Origin: Felis catus | Lineage: Eukaryota | DNA length: 64,000 bases | NCBI RefSeq assembly: GCF_018350175.1 | Contig: NC_058382.1 | Span: 59,956,001-60,020,000 of the forward strand | Direction: 5' to 3' | Shown here: positions 37,324-49,075 of the stretch, piece after piece | Numbering within the stretch: position 1 is the stretch's first letter | Layout: every line of letters starts with the position of its first letter | Made by a program: the position numbers and the translations under genes | Notes under the pieces: generated by a model | What the model was told of the DNA's origin: nothing | What the model saw: the letters and a program-made list of their open reading frames with translations, nothing else | Databases searched by the model: none

Positions 37324-38369
37324 TGGCGTCATTAAGGTGCTATTTGCCCCTACAGATTCAAAGGAACTGCTGCCCCAACAAAGGTCTTTTCAGTGGCAGC
37401 CAGCGCTAGCTTCTAATTTGTTAGAAGCTGTGTCGTTTATCCTCGTGAGGGCTGGTGGGGAGAATATCTTGAACATTCTACGGAGGAAAGTTCGGGAGTT
37501 TCTGTCAAAAGCCTTAAAGCCGTGCGCCCTCTACTCAGTAATCCCCTTCTGGGAATTTCTCTAAGGAAACAAGGAATGTGCTGTATTTCTGGCTACACGG
37601 TTGTTTATTGTAGCTTTAAAACATAATGGCAAATATCGGAACTAAACCAAACACCCAACAGACTTGCTTTGGTAGATGTTGCTGTACCCACATGTGGATA
37701 CAGTGTAACTCTTAAACATCAGGATGTGAAAGAATCTTCTGGAACAATCTGTTCCTGACTTATTGAAGAGGACGTTGCCATATAACATCCCAAAGCCCCA
37801 TCTGGGTGCTCTGGTTAAACCGGGGCCCCACTTCCATACTTTTGAGAACTGGGAGACCTGCCATCTTGGAGGAACATCGGTTCCTGTTTCTCAGGTGTGG
37901 GGTGTAACTGGGCGTCCAGGCCACTGCCTCGTGTGGGAAGGAACGTTTCCCAGGGCCTCTTGGAACAGGGAGGATCGTCCTTGGAGAAGCGGAACCGCCT
38001 TGGAGGAAAACGACCTTGGTGCTTCATCAGGGCGGAGCTGTGTCTCCTGTGGGGCTTGTAAAGGATGACCCCTTTTAGGTGGCTCCTCTCCCCTGTTCCG
38101 AGCCTCCTGGGAGAAGAGATCCTGTCCCAGGCCCCCCTCTGCGGGAAGACAGGCCGGGCGCTGGGCCAACACAGCAGTCGCTCTGCACTCTGCGAACTCT
38201 TCCTGCTTGCTTTCCGAACTCTCTCCTGTTCCCTGCAAAGCTGCCCTGGCGTTCGGGTTCCTGGTTGCAAAATGTGGGCTTTGGGGGCGGGGGAAAGGGC
38301 GAAGGGAGTCAGAGGCACAAACTCTGTTGTAAGTGCTGGCAATGACGTGGACAGCAAGGGGCTGGAGTT

Positions 38370-38700
38370 AGTGTGGTGTATTTGAAAGTCGCTAAGAACA
38401 CAGATTTTTTTTTTATTAAAAAAATTTTTTTTAATGTTTATTTAGTTTTGAGAGAGAGAGAGAGACACAGTGTGAGCTGGGGAGGGGCAGAGAGAGAGGA
38501 AGACACAGAATCTGAAGCAGGCTCCGTCCAGGCTCTGAGCCATCAGCACAGAGCCCGACGTGGGGCTCGAGCTCACAAACCGTGAGATCGTGACCTGAGC
38601 TGAAGTCGGACGCTCAACCGACTGAGCCACCCAGGCGCCCCCTAGGAAAGAAAGCAGATCTTAAAAGTTCTCATCAGAAGAAAAAGATAAAAATCTTTCA
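38370..38700 (+). mobile_element. L1 3'-UTR remnant interrupted by a Can-SINE
   Basis: tgtatttgaaagtcgctaaga...agatcttaaaagttctcatca resembles L1M 3'-end consensus on both sides of the SINE. Confidence 0.65.
38405..38642 (-). mobile_element. Can-SINE (feliform type), full length
   Basis: Near-consensus gtgagatcgtgacctgagctgaagtcggacgctcaaccgactgagccacccaggcgcccc, with (GA)n and poly-T. Confidence 0.96.
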
Positions 38701-38733
38701 TGTCAGGCACGCATGTCAGAAATGTAATAAATG

Positions 38734-38862
38734 TTATGTATATATACATATGTGTACAATATGTACATATATACATATACATACATACACACATACATAT
38801 GTATACATACATATATACATATACAATATACATATACATATACAACATGTACAATATAATAT
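38734..38862. repeat. (TA/CA)n compound microsatellite
   Basis: atacatatacatacatacac... low-complexity run. Confidence 0.9.
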
Positions 38863-38899
38863 GTAGTAAGTATTAAAACTACCTAATAAAAGTAACCAA

Positions 38900-39471
38900 T
38901 ATGGAAATGTTGGGGTTTGGAGCTGACGGCCAAGAAAGAATTCTTGAGATGTCTTTGGTGCAAAAGATGGTTTTATTAAAGCACGGGGACAGGACCCGTG
39001 GGCAGAGAGAGCTGCAACGGGGTTGTGACAGGTGACTGATCGTACACTTTCAAGTTGGGAGGGGGTCAAGGACAGCACAAGCCTCCAAGGTATTTTGGAA
39101 GCAAGGTTTCCAGGACCTTGAGGGGGGTGTAGCTATTGCTAGGAAAAGGTCATTTATTACCGTTTAGTCAAAACTTAGTCATGAGATCCTTCTGATGTGT
39201 ATCAGGGGGCCATATGCTTGCAGGATGATCGCCAGCATGTATCTTGGGGGCAGAGATACAGGAAGTTTCCGCAGGACTTTGTATTTGTTAAAGGAGACTT
39301 ATGGGATCCTGGGAGGTGGGGGCGGGTGAAGATTGCCTTTGCCCTTAACCGAGTGTCGTCACCGAGGCAGCTGGGCTCCTGGAGGAATGTTGCTCTGCCC
39401 GTCCCAGGGACTTGTCAACCGGCGGTGGGCAGTAAGGGAATGTAATGTTTTCTTTTGCTTTGTTTCCCACA
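38900..39471 (-). mobile_element. Solo ERV LTR (ERV1-like, carnivore), ~572 bp
   Basis: Imperfect inverted termini tatggaaa / tttcccaca; 4-bp flanks ccaa / ccag (TSD with one mismatch); minus-strand AATAAA at 38977-38972; no internal retroviral ORFs. Confidence 0.75.
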
Positions 39472-40629
39472 CCAGTAACTCTGTGAGGTGATGGGTGCTA
39501 GGTAGACCTACCGTGGCGTCGTCTGGCAGGACATACAAACGGACCTTACACCGAGCCCCCAAAACTAGTCACTGTGCAAGCGCATCATAGCTCAGCACAG
39601 CTGTGGGTGGCGGGTGGGGAGGTCCACGGCAGCAGCCGAAACCTCGCTTCAGACTCAGGCTTCCCGAGCTCACCCCCAGGCCCCACGTCCACTGGGCCAC
39701 CAGCTCAAGGAACTGGGCACATCTGGCCCCCTCTCTGGGCCTCAGTTTCCCGTGCTCTCGGTGCAGATCGTAGCCCCTACTACAAATGAACTAACGCGCG
39801 CAGGGCACCGAGAGGAGTGTCGTCACAGAACAAGTCCCAAGCAGCAGCCGCCAGGCGTTAACAGTGGCTACAAAACAGCAACTTTGCTGAATTATCCACC
39901 GAAATGGTGACGGCAGCCAGCCGCAGTGCGTCCGCACACGGGGGTGGGGGAGGGGTTGTGTTACGTGCAACTTCTTCTATTTCCCTGTTGTTCCCGAACT
40001 TTCTTCCCGAAGGCCCCACGTGGCAGATCCCCCAAGCTGAAAGGCAGTTTCCCACGACACACTCCAGCAACCCGAGTTCTGCTTCCCTTTCCAAGCCGAG
40101 TCGCACGTCACTTTGCCAAGCCTGGCCCGCGACTCCTCCCCGGGGGAAGCAAGTAGGAGTCTATGTGAAGTCTCGCCCCTGCTCACCTGGCTTCGTCTCG
40201 GACTGCCCTTTTCTGACACCAGTGTTTGGCCTCGGAAAAGAGTTTGGCGTCCTCGCCCAGAGGGCGTCGAGGGCCTTACAAACCTTGCATTCGCGGAAGT
40301 CGGTTCTGTGTCTTTCACAAATATTCCAAGCACGAGTCGTCACCAAGCGCGCAGTTCACTTAAAGCAAGCCCACCGTCCCCGAAGGTGAATAAAACTCAA
40401 ATGGCAAAATGGACCGGTAGGCTGCGTTTCCGCCTGGCACACAGGCCCTCTGCCCCGGCAGACGAGGGGCTCGCTTTGTCTCACGGGGTGTAAGGTGCTT
40501 GGACCTGGGCGGTCCTCCCCGGTGTCCTTGCTTTCACCCAGACTGCCCTTGCTTAAATGCAGGCAGACGGGCTAGTGGCCTGGCTTTAAGAGGAAGCTCC
40601 AGCAGCGTGACCGGGAGCTTGGTCCCACA

Positions 40630-40689
40630 AAGAACCATGAGATCGCGACCTGAGCCGAAATCAAGAGTCGGCTGCTCAACCCACTGAGT
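40630..40689 (-). mobile_element. Can-SINE fragment
   Basis: catgagatcgcgacctgagccgaaatcaagagtcggctgctcaacccactgag. Confidence 0.8.
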
Positions 40690-41789
40690 ATTCATAATTC
40701 TAGCGGATCCTTGCTCCTTTTGAACTCACTCTTTTTCCCAGGAAAGAGCAGAAAATCCTTCCCTGATGTGGAAGCTTGCCTCCCCCCCCCCCCCCCCCCC
40801 ATCTGTCTATTCTCAGTTGCGTGAGAAATATCTGTGTTCTTTTCACAAAGTAAGTGTCCTTGCTTCTTCTGGAAATTTGTTTTTAAAAGCCAGGCTTTTG
40901 TTGCGCTCGGCTGTGAGCTTTTCCCGTCTGTGCGTTTGACGAGGTGGGACGCCGCCCCCCCACCCCCCGCCCCCATCCAGGGTAATATCTGAAATGAAGT
41001 TCTGTTTCTGAGCCCACGTGTGTGTGCGTGGCACACGCATACCGAGTGTTCAGCCGGGGCCAGGACGTGTAGACAGTGCGTGCTGTTTGAGTCCCGCAAC
41101 AACATCATTAGGCCCTGTGGGTGGTCCCCGTCTGAGCCCGGGGAATCAAGGTGCAGCGAGGTCAGCAGGGGGCCCGGCCCAGCTTCAGACGCAGGCTGGG
41201 CCTCAGATCATAGCTGTGACGCGGTGGGCACACAGAGCGCGTCTCACACGGGCAGCCATGCCGTCCCCCCTCGGGCCGCGCTGACAAGCATGGGATTCTT
41301 CTGGTTTAGGGGAACTTTATTCCGCCGCTGCCGGAGGCTCCCGGCAGCTTCACTGCGCTTGGGTGGGAACGCGCCCACCCTGGCGAAGATCGAAGATCGA
41401 AGATCGGATCGCCTGACTCCTTCGCAGAGTATTTTCAAATGCTCAGCAAGGCCCCCCGACCGTCTCAAGTTCACAGGGGTGGGGATGTCAAGTCTCTGTA
41501 GCTCCAGGTGGGATCCAAAGCCCTGGGAACTTCCTGGTAATAGAAGCAAAGTTAGAGATCGCAGGGCGGGTTTTCCTGAAGGGTTCCAACCAGGTGACAG
41601 CACAAACTTGCCTGTGTTTCAGGCACTGGGCTTGGGCCTCACTTCTCAGCCTTGGCCCCAAGCGTGGCCTGGTCGATATGCTCAGAAGAGCGCCTGATCC
41701 TTGAGGATTATGGAGCCGGCAACAGCGGGGAGCGGGGATGAGGGTTCGGGCCCAGCCGTCAGCGGAGAGATGGCTAGGTAAAGCGGGGC

Positions 41790-42125
41790 AGAGCCACACG
41801 CTGGATTCGTATCCGGCCTCAAAAAGGTGGATGAACTGGGAACACGTCACGCTCAGGGAACGAAGCCAGGCGCACAGGATCGAAGGGTTCCACGGAGGTG
41901 AAATGGCCCGGAAAGGCAAACCCATAGGGACAGAACGTACACTCTGGCTGCCAGGCCCGGGAAGGGGGGGAGTGTGACCACTGATGGGGGGTTTCTCTTC
42001 GGGGAGGTGAAATCTCTTGAGACCCAGTAGAGGTGTGGGGGGGCACAACGGTGTGAACGTGCTAAGGCCACTGAATCGTGTACTTAAGTGGCTAGTGGCC
42101 AATTTTGTGTTTCTACCTCAAAAAC
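41790..42125 (+). mobile_element. L1M 3' remnant
   Basis: ggatgaactgggaacacgtcacgctcagggaacgaagccagg...aggcaaacccatagggacagaa...ccactgaatcgtgtacttaa. Confidence 0.7.
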
Positions 42126-42474
42126 GGAGAAGAGAGCGGGCCTGGACTCGGGGGCCCTGGGGTCACATGTGGCCTCTCCCCCGTGGCTGGTGGTGCTCCA
42201 GGCAGGGCCCCGCCCAGCTTCCCTTCTGTGCAGGGGGGGGGGGCAGGCGCCGACGGGGGGCCCCGCATCCCAGCTGAGCCGCAGCCAGGACTAGCGCCTG
42301 ACCAGAAGGGCGTTCTTCCGGGGACTTGCGGCCGACGGCTGGTGAGGTGCCAGGCTCCACGATTGGACGTTCCTTCCAGCACCGGCTGAGCTGAGATGTG
42401 TCAGGGGAACCGTGAAAGACGTGATTCTAGCACTACACCCATCACATCCTCTGATGTGGACACTTGTCCGGGCG

Positions 42475-42800
42475 GATCACTTCTCCGGGTGTGGTCGCTT
42501 GTCCGGGCGGGGTCACTCGCTTGACCACGGTCGCTTGTCCGGGCGGGGTCACTCGCTTGACCACGGTCACTTGTCCGGGCGGGGTCACTCGCTTGACCAT
42601 GGGCGCTTGTCTGGGCGGGGTCACTCGCTTGACCATGGGCGCTTGTCTGGGCGGGGTCACTCGCTTGACCACGGTCGCTTGTCCGGGCGGGGTCACTCGC
42701 TTGACCATGGGCGCTTGTTCTCCGGGTGTGGTCACTTGTCCAGGCATGGTCACTTGCTCAGCCATGGCCACTTGCCCGGGGGGTGGCCTTGTCCCATCCA
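42475..42800. repeat. 36-bp VNTR (2 x 18-bp subunits), 6 near-perfect copies plus degenerate flanks
   Basis: ggtcgcttgtccgggcggggtcactcgcttgaccac at 42493, 42529, 42565, 42601, 42637, 42673. Confidence 0.95.
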
Positions 42801-43149
42801 AGCGTGGTCACAACCCACTGAGCGTCCCAGGTGCCCCAGAACCTTTAAACTCCCAGCGACCTGATAGCCCCATAGCCAGTTGGTGTTAACGCCCCCCACC
42901 CCCGGCCTCTGGCACAGTTAACCACTCAACCCAATCAGGCCTTCCCCCCAAACAAGAGGTTTGGGTTTGGGACTCAGGCCTTCTCCCAGGGTTTATGCCA
43001 AAGGCCCGGACTGACAAGTCACAGCGCTGGCTGGACATTTTGGTCCTAGTCTGATTTCTTCCCATGGATAATATGCAACCGATGCTGGGCTTCTATCCTG
43101 CACCTCCTTGCACAGGCTCGTCTGGGAGGCGGCCCCCACCCCATTTCAC

Positions 43150-43550
43150 TGATATGGGTTGAATTGTGTCTCCCCCTAAAACGATGGATAGAAGTCCTAC
43201 CCTCCCACGCTCCCCGGACCTCAGAGCGGGACCTTATTTGGAAACTGGTCGTTGCAGAGGTAACTAGGGAAGATGGGGCCATCCTGGAGCGGGGTGTCCC
43301 CGACCCAGAGTGACTGGCGTCTCTACAAGATCAGACACAGTGAAAATGGAGGCAGAGGCTGGAGTGAAGCTCCAGGATGGCCAGGGAGCGCTGGGGCCAC
43401 CAGAGGCGGGACGAGGCCTGATGGTTCCTCCCCTGTTGGCTTCAGGGGGCGCGCAGCCCTGATTTTGGACTCTGGGCGCCAGAACCCTGAGAGAAGAAAC
43501 TTCTGTCGTGGAAAGCCCCGAGCGTGCTGCCTTGGTGTGGCCCTAAACCC
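43150..43550 (+). mobile_element. MLT1 LTR remnant
   Basis: tgatatgggttgaattgtgtctcccc...ccttatttggaaa...ccagaaccctgagagaagaaacttctgtcgt. Confidence 0.75.
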
Positions 43551-44639
43551 GTCCCTGAGATACCGTAGAGAGAGAGTAAATCTCTGCCTGGGCCCCTTCT
43601 CGGCTCTGGCCCCTCGTGCTGGGCTGTCAAGGGCGCAGGGAGAGCCAGCCTGACCTGCGGAATCCTCACCTCACCGAGCACCTGTGGGTCCGTGTGCCCC
43701 CAGCTCTGCGGAACGCCGCCCTTCCCTGCCGCACCTCTGAACCAAGCGGGGCCAAAGGCGCCGGCAGCTGGGAGAGCACGTCCGTGCGGAATCAGCTTCT
43801 GGCTGGAAGGAGGGACGGACAGACGGAGGCGGGCACGGAGGCCCCACCCGGCAGCCTCCACGACGGGGACCTGTAGACGCAGATGCGAGCTTGCAGGTCG
43901 TGGGGGCACAGAGTCTCCCTCCTCAGACAGGCCACCTCCGGGCCGTCTCGCACCTTGAATTTTCCTCGATCCCGGAGTGCAGGGGTGGGGAAGGAGGTCG
44001 CTCCCAGCGGTCAGCCTGGCTCTGGGGGCCAGCTCGGGCCCACAGGAAGAAAGCGGCAAGGACATCTGTCCCGTTCCCGTCACCAATCCCATCCCGAGTG
44101 GACACGGAGGGCGGTAGGAAGGTCTGGGCTGCCTCTGCTCCCCACGCACGGGCAGGCAGCAGGACGGGCCTCGGGACGAGGTCCTGCCCACCACGTCTGA
44201 GAGCCGACACCATCGCCCCAGAGCCACTCCGCTCCCCGAGGCCCACGGGGCTGCGCCTGCCTGCTGAGGGTCTGACCCCGGTCATGTCCACCTTCCCCAC
44301 TCAGCGGTGCAGGGCACACGGCCATTTGTTTTACTTCACTTGGCCCTCCTGAGGTTCTAGAAGTGAGCGAGGAATGCAGACACGGAAAGCGTAGCTGTCA
44401 CCACCGGAGGCCACTGACAACACGCAGCCAGAGCTGGGGGGGGGGTCCCTCCCCCTCTGCCCCAGCCTTCCAGGCCGAGCCGTGCACCAATGCCCTGACC
44501 TTACCCTTGACACCCCCCTTTCTCCGGATCTCACAGCTGGGGGGCTGAGGCCACGGAGCAAGTGTCTCCAGCATCCAGTGCCTCCCGTCCCCACCGCCAG
44601 CGTGGTTCACCAGTGAGCCGCGTCTGGAACGTGGGCAAC

Positions 44640-45140
44640 GCGCGCCCGGTCTGACGCTCTCCCTTCTCCCCGCAGAGCAAAGTCCCACCTTCACGTGGCC
44701 CCGAGGCCCGCCTGGACCTGGCCCCTCTGAGCAGATCTCTGCCCTTCCCTCCTGCCGCTTTGCCCTTGTTTGCTTCATCTGGCCATGCTGGTCTCGCCGA
44801 TGCCCTGGAACGTTCCAGAACCGTCTCCCAGTATCTGCAAGGCTCACCTCCTCACCTCTTGCAAATCTTTGCTCGGATGCCAGCTTCTCAGGGAGGCCCA
44901 CCCTGACCCCAGCGCCTGGCTCCCTGCCTCCACTTTGCATTTTTTGGAGCCCCGGTCACCTCTAGCACATCATATCCCACATTTATTCCACCCCGCCTCC
45001 GTGCCGTCTTCCCCGCTGATGCGGGCTCCACCGGGGCTGGGCCTGGTTTGCCTTGTTGTTGGATTCACTGGTGTATCCCAGCTGCCTTGCGCACTAACTG
45101 GAACATACTGACGGGAGGTGTTCAGTAAGTGGTTGCTGGA
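44640..45140 (+). mobile_element. L2 remnant
   Basis: gcaaatctttgctcggatgccagcttctcagggaggcc...ttcactggtgtatcccagctgcct...gtgttcagtaagtggttgctgga. Confidence 0.55.
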
Positions 45141-45937
45141 CGTCGATGGGAGAGAAGCTGTGTGCCTCGTTAGGCGATCACGGATGTACGCGGAAAGCCT
45201 GAGTGGCGTGCCTGCTGTTTGATGTCCGTGCCTTTGATTTGTGTTTGTGTGTTCAGGGACCTAGAACACCTGTAGGGTGGCCTTTCTGGATTTCCAGGAT
45301 TCAGTAAAAAGGATCAGTGATGCTAAAAAAAAAAAAAAAAAATCCCAAACCGACACAGGAAATTCGGACAGAATAATTGAAAAAGTACACAGCTTTAATC
45401 TTCAATGCAGTCGTCTGTGAACATAATCTTAAGTATGGCGGAAACAGAAGAGCTTTTTTCCTGTTGACATGCATGCTAACCTTTCCACGGACTCGGGGCC
45501 GGGCATTTCTACTGCTTAGCCTCGGACGTGCACGCCGAACGCGTGGGTAGTCGACGCGTGGACAAGCTGAGTCTCACACCGAGCTTGCTCCCGCCCTGTC
45601 CTCATCCCGCAACCCCGCGACCCGGCACTAAGCAGGGCTCGGGCTGATGTGCGTGCCCGGGGAGTAGCTCTTATGATTCTGCAGAGTCTGGAGAGACCCA
45701 CGCTCTGGGAAGCCACGGTTTTCAGAGCTCCTCGCTCAGGCCACTTGGCTCTTCCTCTCGCTTTTGGGCACAGCGGTCGCTGGGCAGATGACACACAAAC
45801 CAGGTCAGGGAAAGGACTCAGGGCCGCAAGGTAGATGTGGGGAGGCGAGAATGTAATTCTGTACCTCAGAAATCTCCAGGAGGAGATCATTCACCACCCT
45901 ACACGATGCTTTCTGTTGTGAGCGCCAAGAACCTGGC

Positions 45938-46100
45938 TGCTCCAAGCTGTCCATGCTGTTCCAAGTCGGCTCGTGCTGTTCCCTTCTACTCCATACTGCT
46001 CCATGCTCTTCCATGCTTTCCCATGTCTGTTCCATGCGTTTCCATGTCTGTTCCATGCTGCTCCATGCTGTTCCGTGCCGCTTCCCACTACTTCCCACTG
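45938..46100. repeat. Degenerate ~10-bp (ccatgctgtt) tandem repeat
   Basis: Repeated ccatgctgtt/ccatgctctt/ccatgtctgtt units. Confidence 0.8.
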
Positions 46101-49075
46101 CTTCAAGCTCTCCCTCGCTCGCTTTCACACACATCCATAGGACACGGGGTGGCAGGAGAGGGGTAGCTCTCTGGGGAGGTGCTGAGGAAAGAATCACAGC
46201 AGAGCAGGCACTTGGGCTGAGCCCCGCGATCGAAGTTTTTGAGCAGAAGCAGAAGGGAAGGGCATTCCCGAGAGAGGGAACAGCATGCCCCAAGGCGCCG
46301 AGGCAAGAGCACGCACGGCTGACTGGGAGATGGCGCCCGAGCTTCGTGGGGTGGGGCGCCTCGCTCGGCCTCCGCAGAGCGAGTGTTTATTCTGTGCTGC
46401 GAGTCAGCGGGTACATGGGCACACCACCCTCGCGGGGGACACGCGGGGGACCGGCGGACCGGCACGAGCCCCGCAGATGGGAGGAGTGCCCCGTCCGGGC
46501 TGCAGGGAGGCCCGTGGTCAGGGCAGAGGTGAAGAAGCGGAGGACGATGAGCGACTCACACAAATGGCCTGGGGACGGCGAAGCAAGCCGAGAGAACCCC
46601 GCACACGGAGGGCAACACGGGAGGGACTTAGGGTGCGGGTCTCACAGGGAGAAGCTTGTGCTCAGTTCCGAGTGTAAAGGAAGCCCCAGTGTTGAGAGGG
46701 AAGCACAGTCAGTGGTCTGCTGACGACCTGCGCCGTGGAGGGAAGAGAGGACCGGCTGTGAGCGGGGGCGTCTGGGCAGAAGGGGCGACAGGGAGAGGCT
46801 GGCGGCACAGCCGGAGGCGAGGCAGACCGGGCAGCGGCACGGAACGCGGAGGACAGAGAGCGGATCTGGAGCACGTGATGAGCTGGGGCTGCCGCCTGCG
46901 GGGCCCGTGGCGCCTTGGGTGCAGGGGGAATGGGGGGGGGCAGGAGCTGCGAGGGGCTCCCCGAGGCTGGCCCTAGTGCCGGGGGCGGGGGGCGGGTGGA
47001 GGCACCCTTGATCGAGATGGAGACGGCGGGCGTCCACAGAACTGGGAACCCCAGGTGCGGTCCGGGGCCTCCGGGGGCCTCCGCAGCCCTGGTGTTTCTG
47101 CGGAGATGTCAGCGGGCGGGTGGGAGAGCGGGGCGTCCAGGCCCCCGGGAAGGGGAGACGCGGGGTGGGGGAGGTGGGCAGGGCCGCCCGCCGAAGAATT
47201 CGCAGTGGGTCCGTCCCAGGGGGGCAGCGTGGAGGGGACTGAGGCCTGCGACCCGTGGGGGGGGGGGTGGTGGTGGGGGAGCGCCTCTGGTTCTGGGTCA
47301 GGAAGGGGAAGGGGAGGGAGGGCGGGACCGCCGTGTGCCGGGAACTGGCGCTTCTGACACATTTGTATTGCAGAAAATGATAAAATAACATGAAAGCACA
47401 GGGAGGAGTCTTTGGGCTTTCAAGTCGGGGCCAGAGTTTGTACAATACAGACCTCAGGCACAATCGCGCCACCCTGAGAGCCTGGCCCGCAAGCCCGCGG
47501 ACCTTGACCCCCGCGTCTGGCAGCCACTCGGGACAGGGAGTGGGGGCGTCTGTGTTTGTTTTTTGTACCATTGCTTTGAGGGCTGGGATCAATGTCTTTC
47601 CTGTCGGGGTGTTTGTGGTTTGAGTGCAATGTGTCCCCGCTCGCTCAGTGTGGCTCCTGGGAGAGTCTGTGTGTCTCGGGGCGAACGCCGGCTTTTAAAA
47701 ATAACCGACAAAAGAGAACACCTACCAGGAGACAAAGGCGCTTCTGCACTGAGAGGAAGGACTCACATCCGCATGAACGATGAGGATGGAAACACTCCCA
47801 CCTGCTCCTGGAATTCTGGCCGGGACACGACATCACCGCGTGGCGGGCAGGACCGAGCCCGGGCGCGGTGGCCCTTTCTCCCTCTTGCGAGGTCCCTCTG
47901 GACACCTGGGCCTTCCTCTGCCCCGACGTCCCTGTGGAAAGGGACGGCCCCCACCCCACTCTGACTCAGAGACCCCAACCTCCAACCACGACTCTCCCGA
48001 CGTGCCCTCGTTACCCGCCAACGCCATGTTCAGAAACCGCGGGAGGTCTCAGCAGGTGCCTCCCTGGAGGGAAGCGTCCATCAGAATGTGACTGCGGGCT
48101 ATTGTAGAAAGATTTCTCACGCAAGGGTCACGTCGGGGCTTTATCTTTTTGACGTGAGGCTGCGCTTTTTCTCGTACTGGGCCCCACACATCAGAGGGGG
48201 CCGAGTGAACCCCCGCAGGGCGCTGGAGGGCCACCTCCCGAGAGCGGCTCTTTCTCCCGCTTCTGCCTCTTCCTGGCCAAGAGTCTCCACCTCTCGAGCG
48301 AGCCTCAGTGTCCCCATTCAGACCTGGAGGTGATGTCCCAGAATCCCACAGAACTCGTTACGATAGCGACACGCGATTGCCGGCCACGCAAAGCACTCAT
48401 TGGGCCCCTTCCCGAAACCACCGTTCCCCGGCCCGGGGGTGCCGCACGCTTTTGGGGTGAGGGCTGGGCGCCGTGCGGTTCTGACACGCGGTGGGATTGA
48501 GGACTGCGGAGTGTGCCTGCGAACAGCCCGGGCCTGGGCGGGGACAGCCCCGAGCGGTGACCTGTTGTTCAGTAAACTCCTCTTAATCCTGAATTTTGTG
48601 ACCCGGGACAGCAGCTCAGAAATGGAACAGAACGTGTCCGTTTTGGTGAGTTCCTCGTTCAGTATCTATTTTGATGGCTTCAGGCCAATCCTCTCTCACC
48701 TAGCATCACCATTAAATTTGACCCTTTAAAGGGTCAAAACATGTCTATTTTAAGTCATTTTTGTTGAAAATGAACGAGCTGTGTCCTGATCAGGACACAG
48801 AGCCACCTTCCCTTGGTGGCTGGTCACCTGGTGGCAGTGAGTTTTGTGAGGCCCTTGGCAGCTAAAGAAGGATACAAGGAGAGGACCGTGTGTACCGAGG
48901 GGTGGGGGTGGGGTAGGGGGGTGGCGGGTTCCAATCTCCCACCTTGCTCCACCGATTCCCGCAAGTGCTGGCGTTGACACCCCAGGCGGCCTCATGTCCC
49001 GTCTGCAGGGCCTCAGAAACCCCAGCCCTCAAGTGGCCAGCCAAGTAACATATGCGTCCAGATCAAGGGAGAGAG

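Noticed and set aside
42412..42889. GRLSGRGHSLDH repeat ORFs
   Set aside because: Several frames on both strands are open because of the stop-poor 36-bp VNTR; no exon or promoter support.
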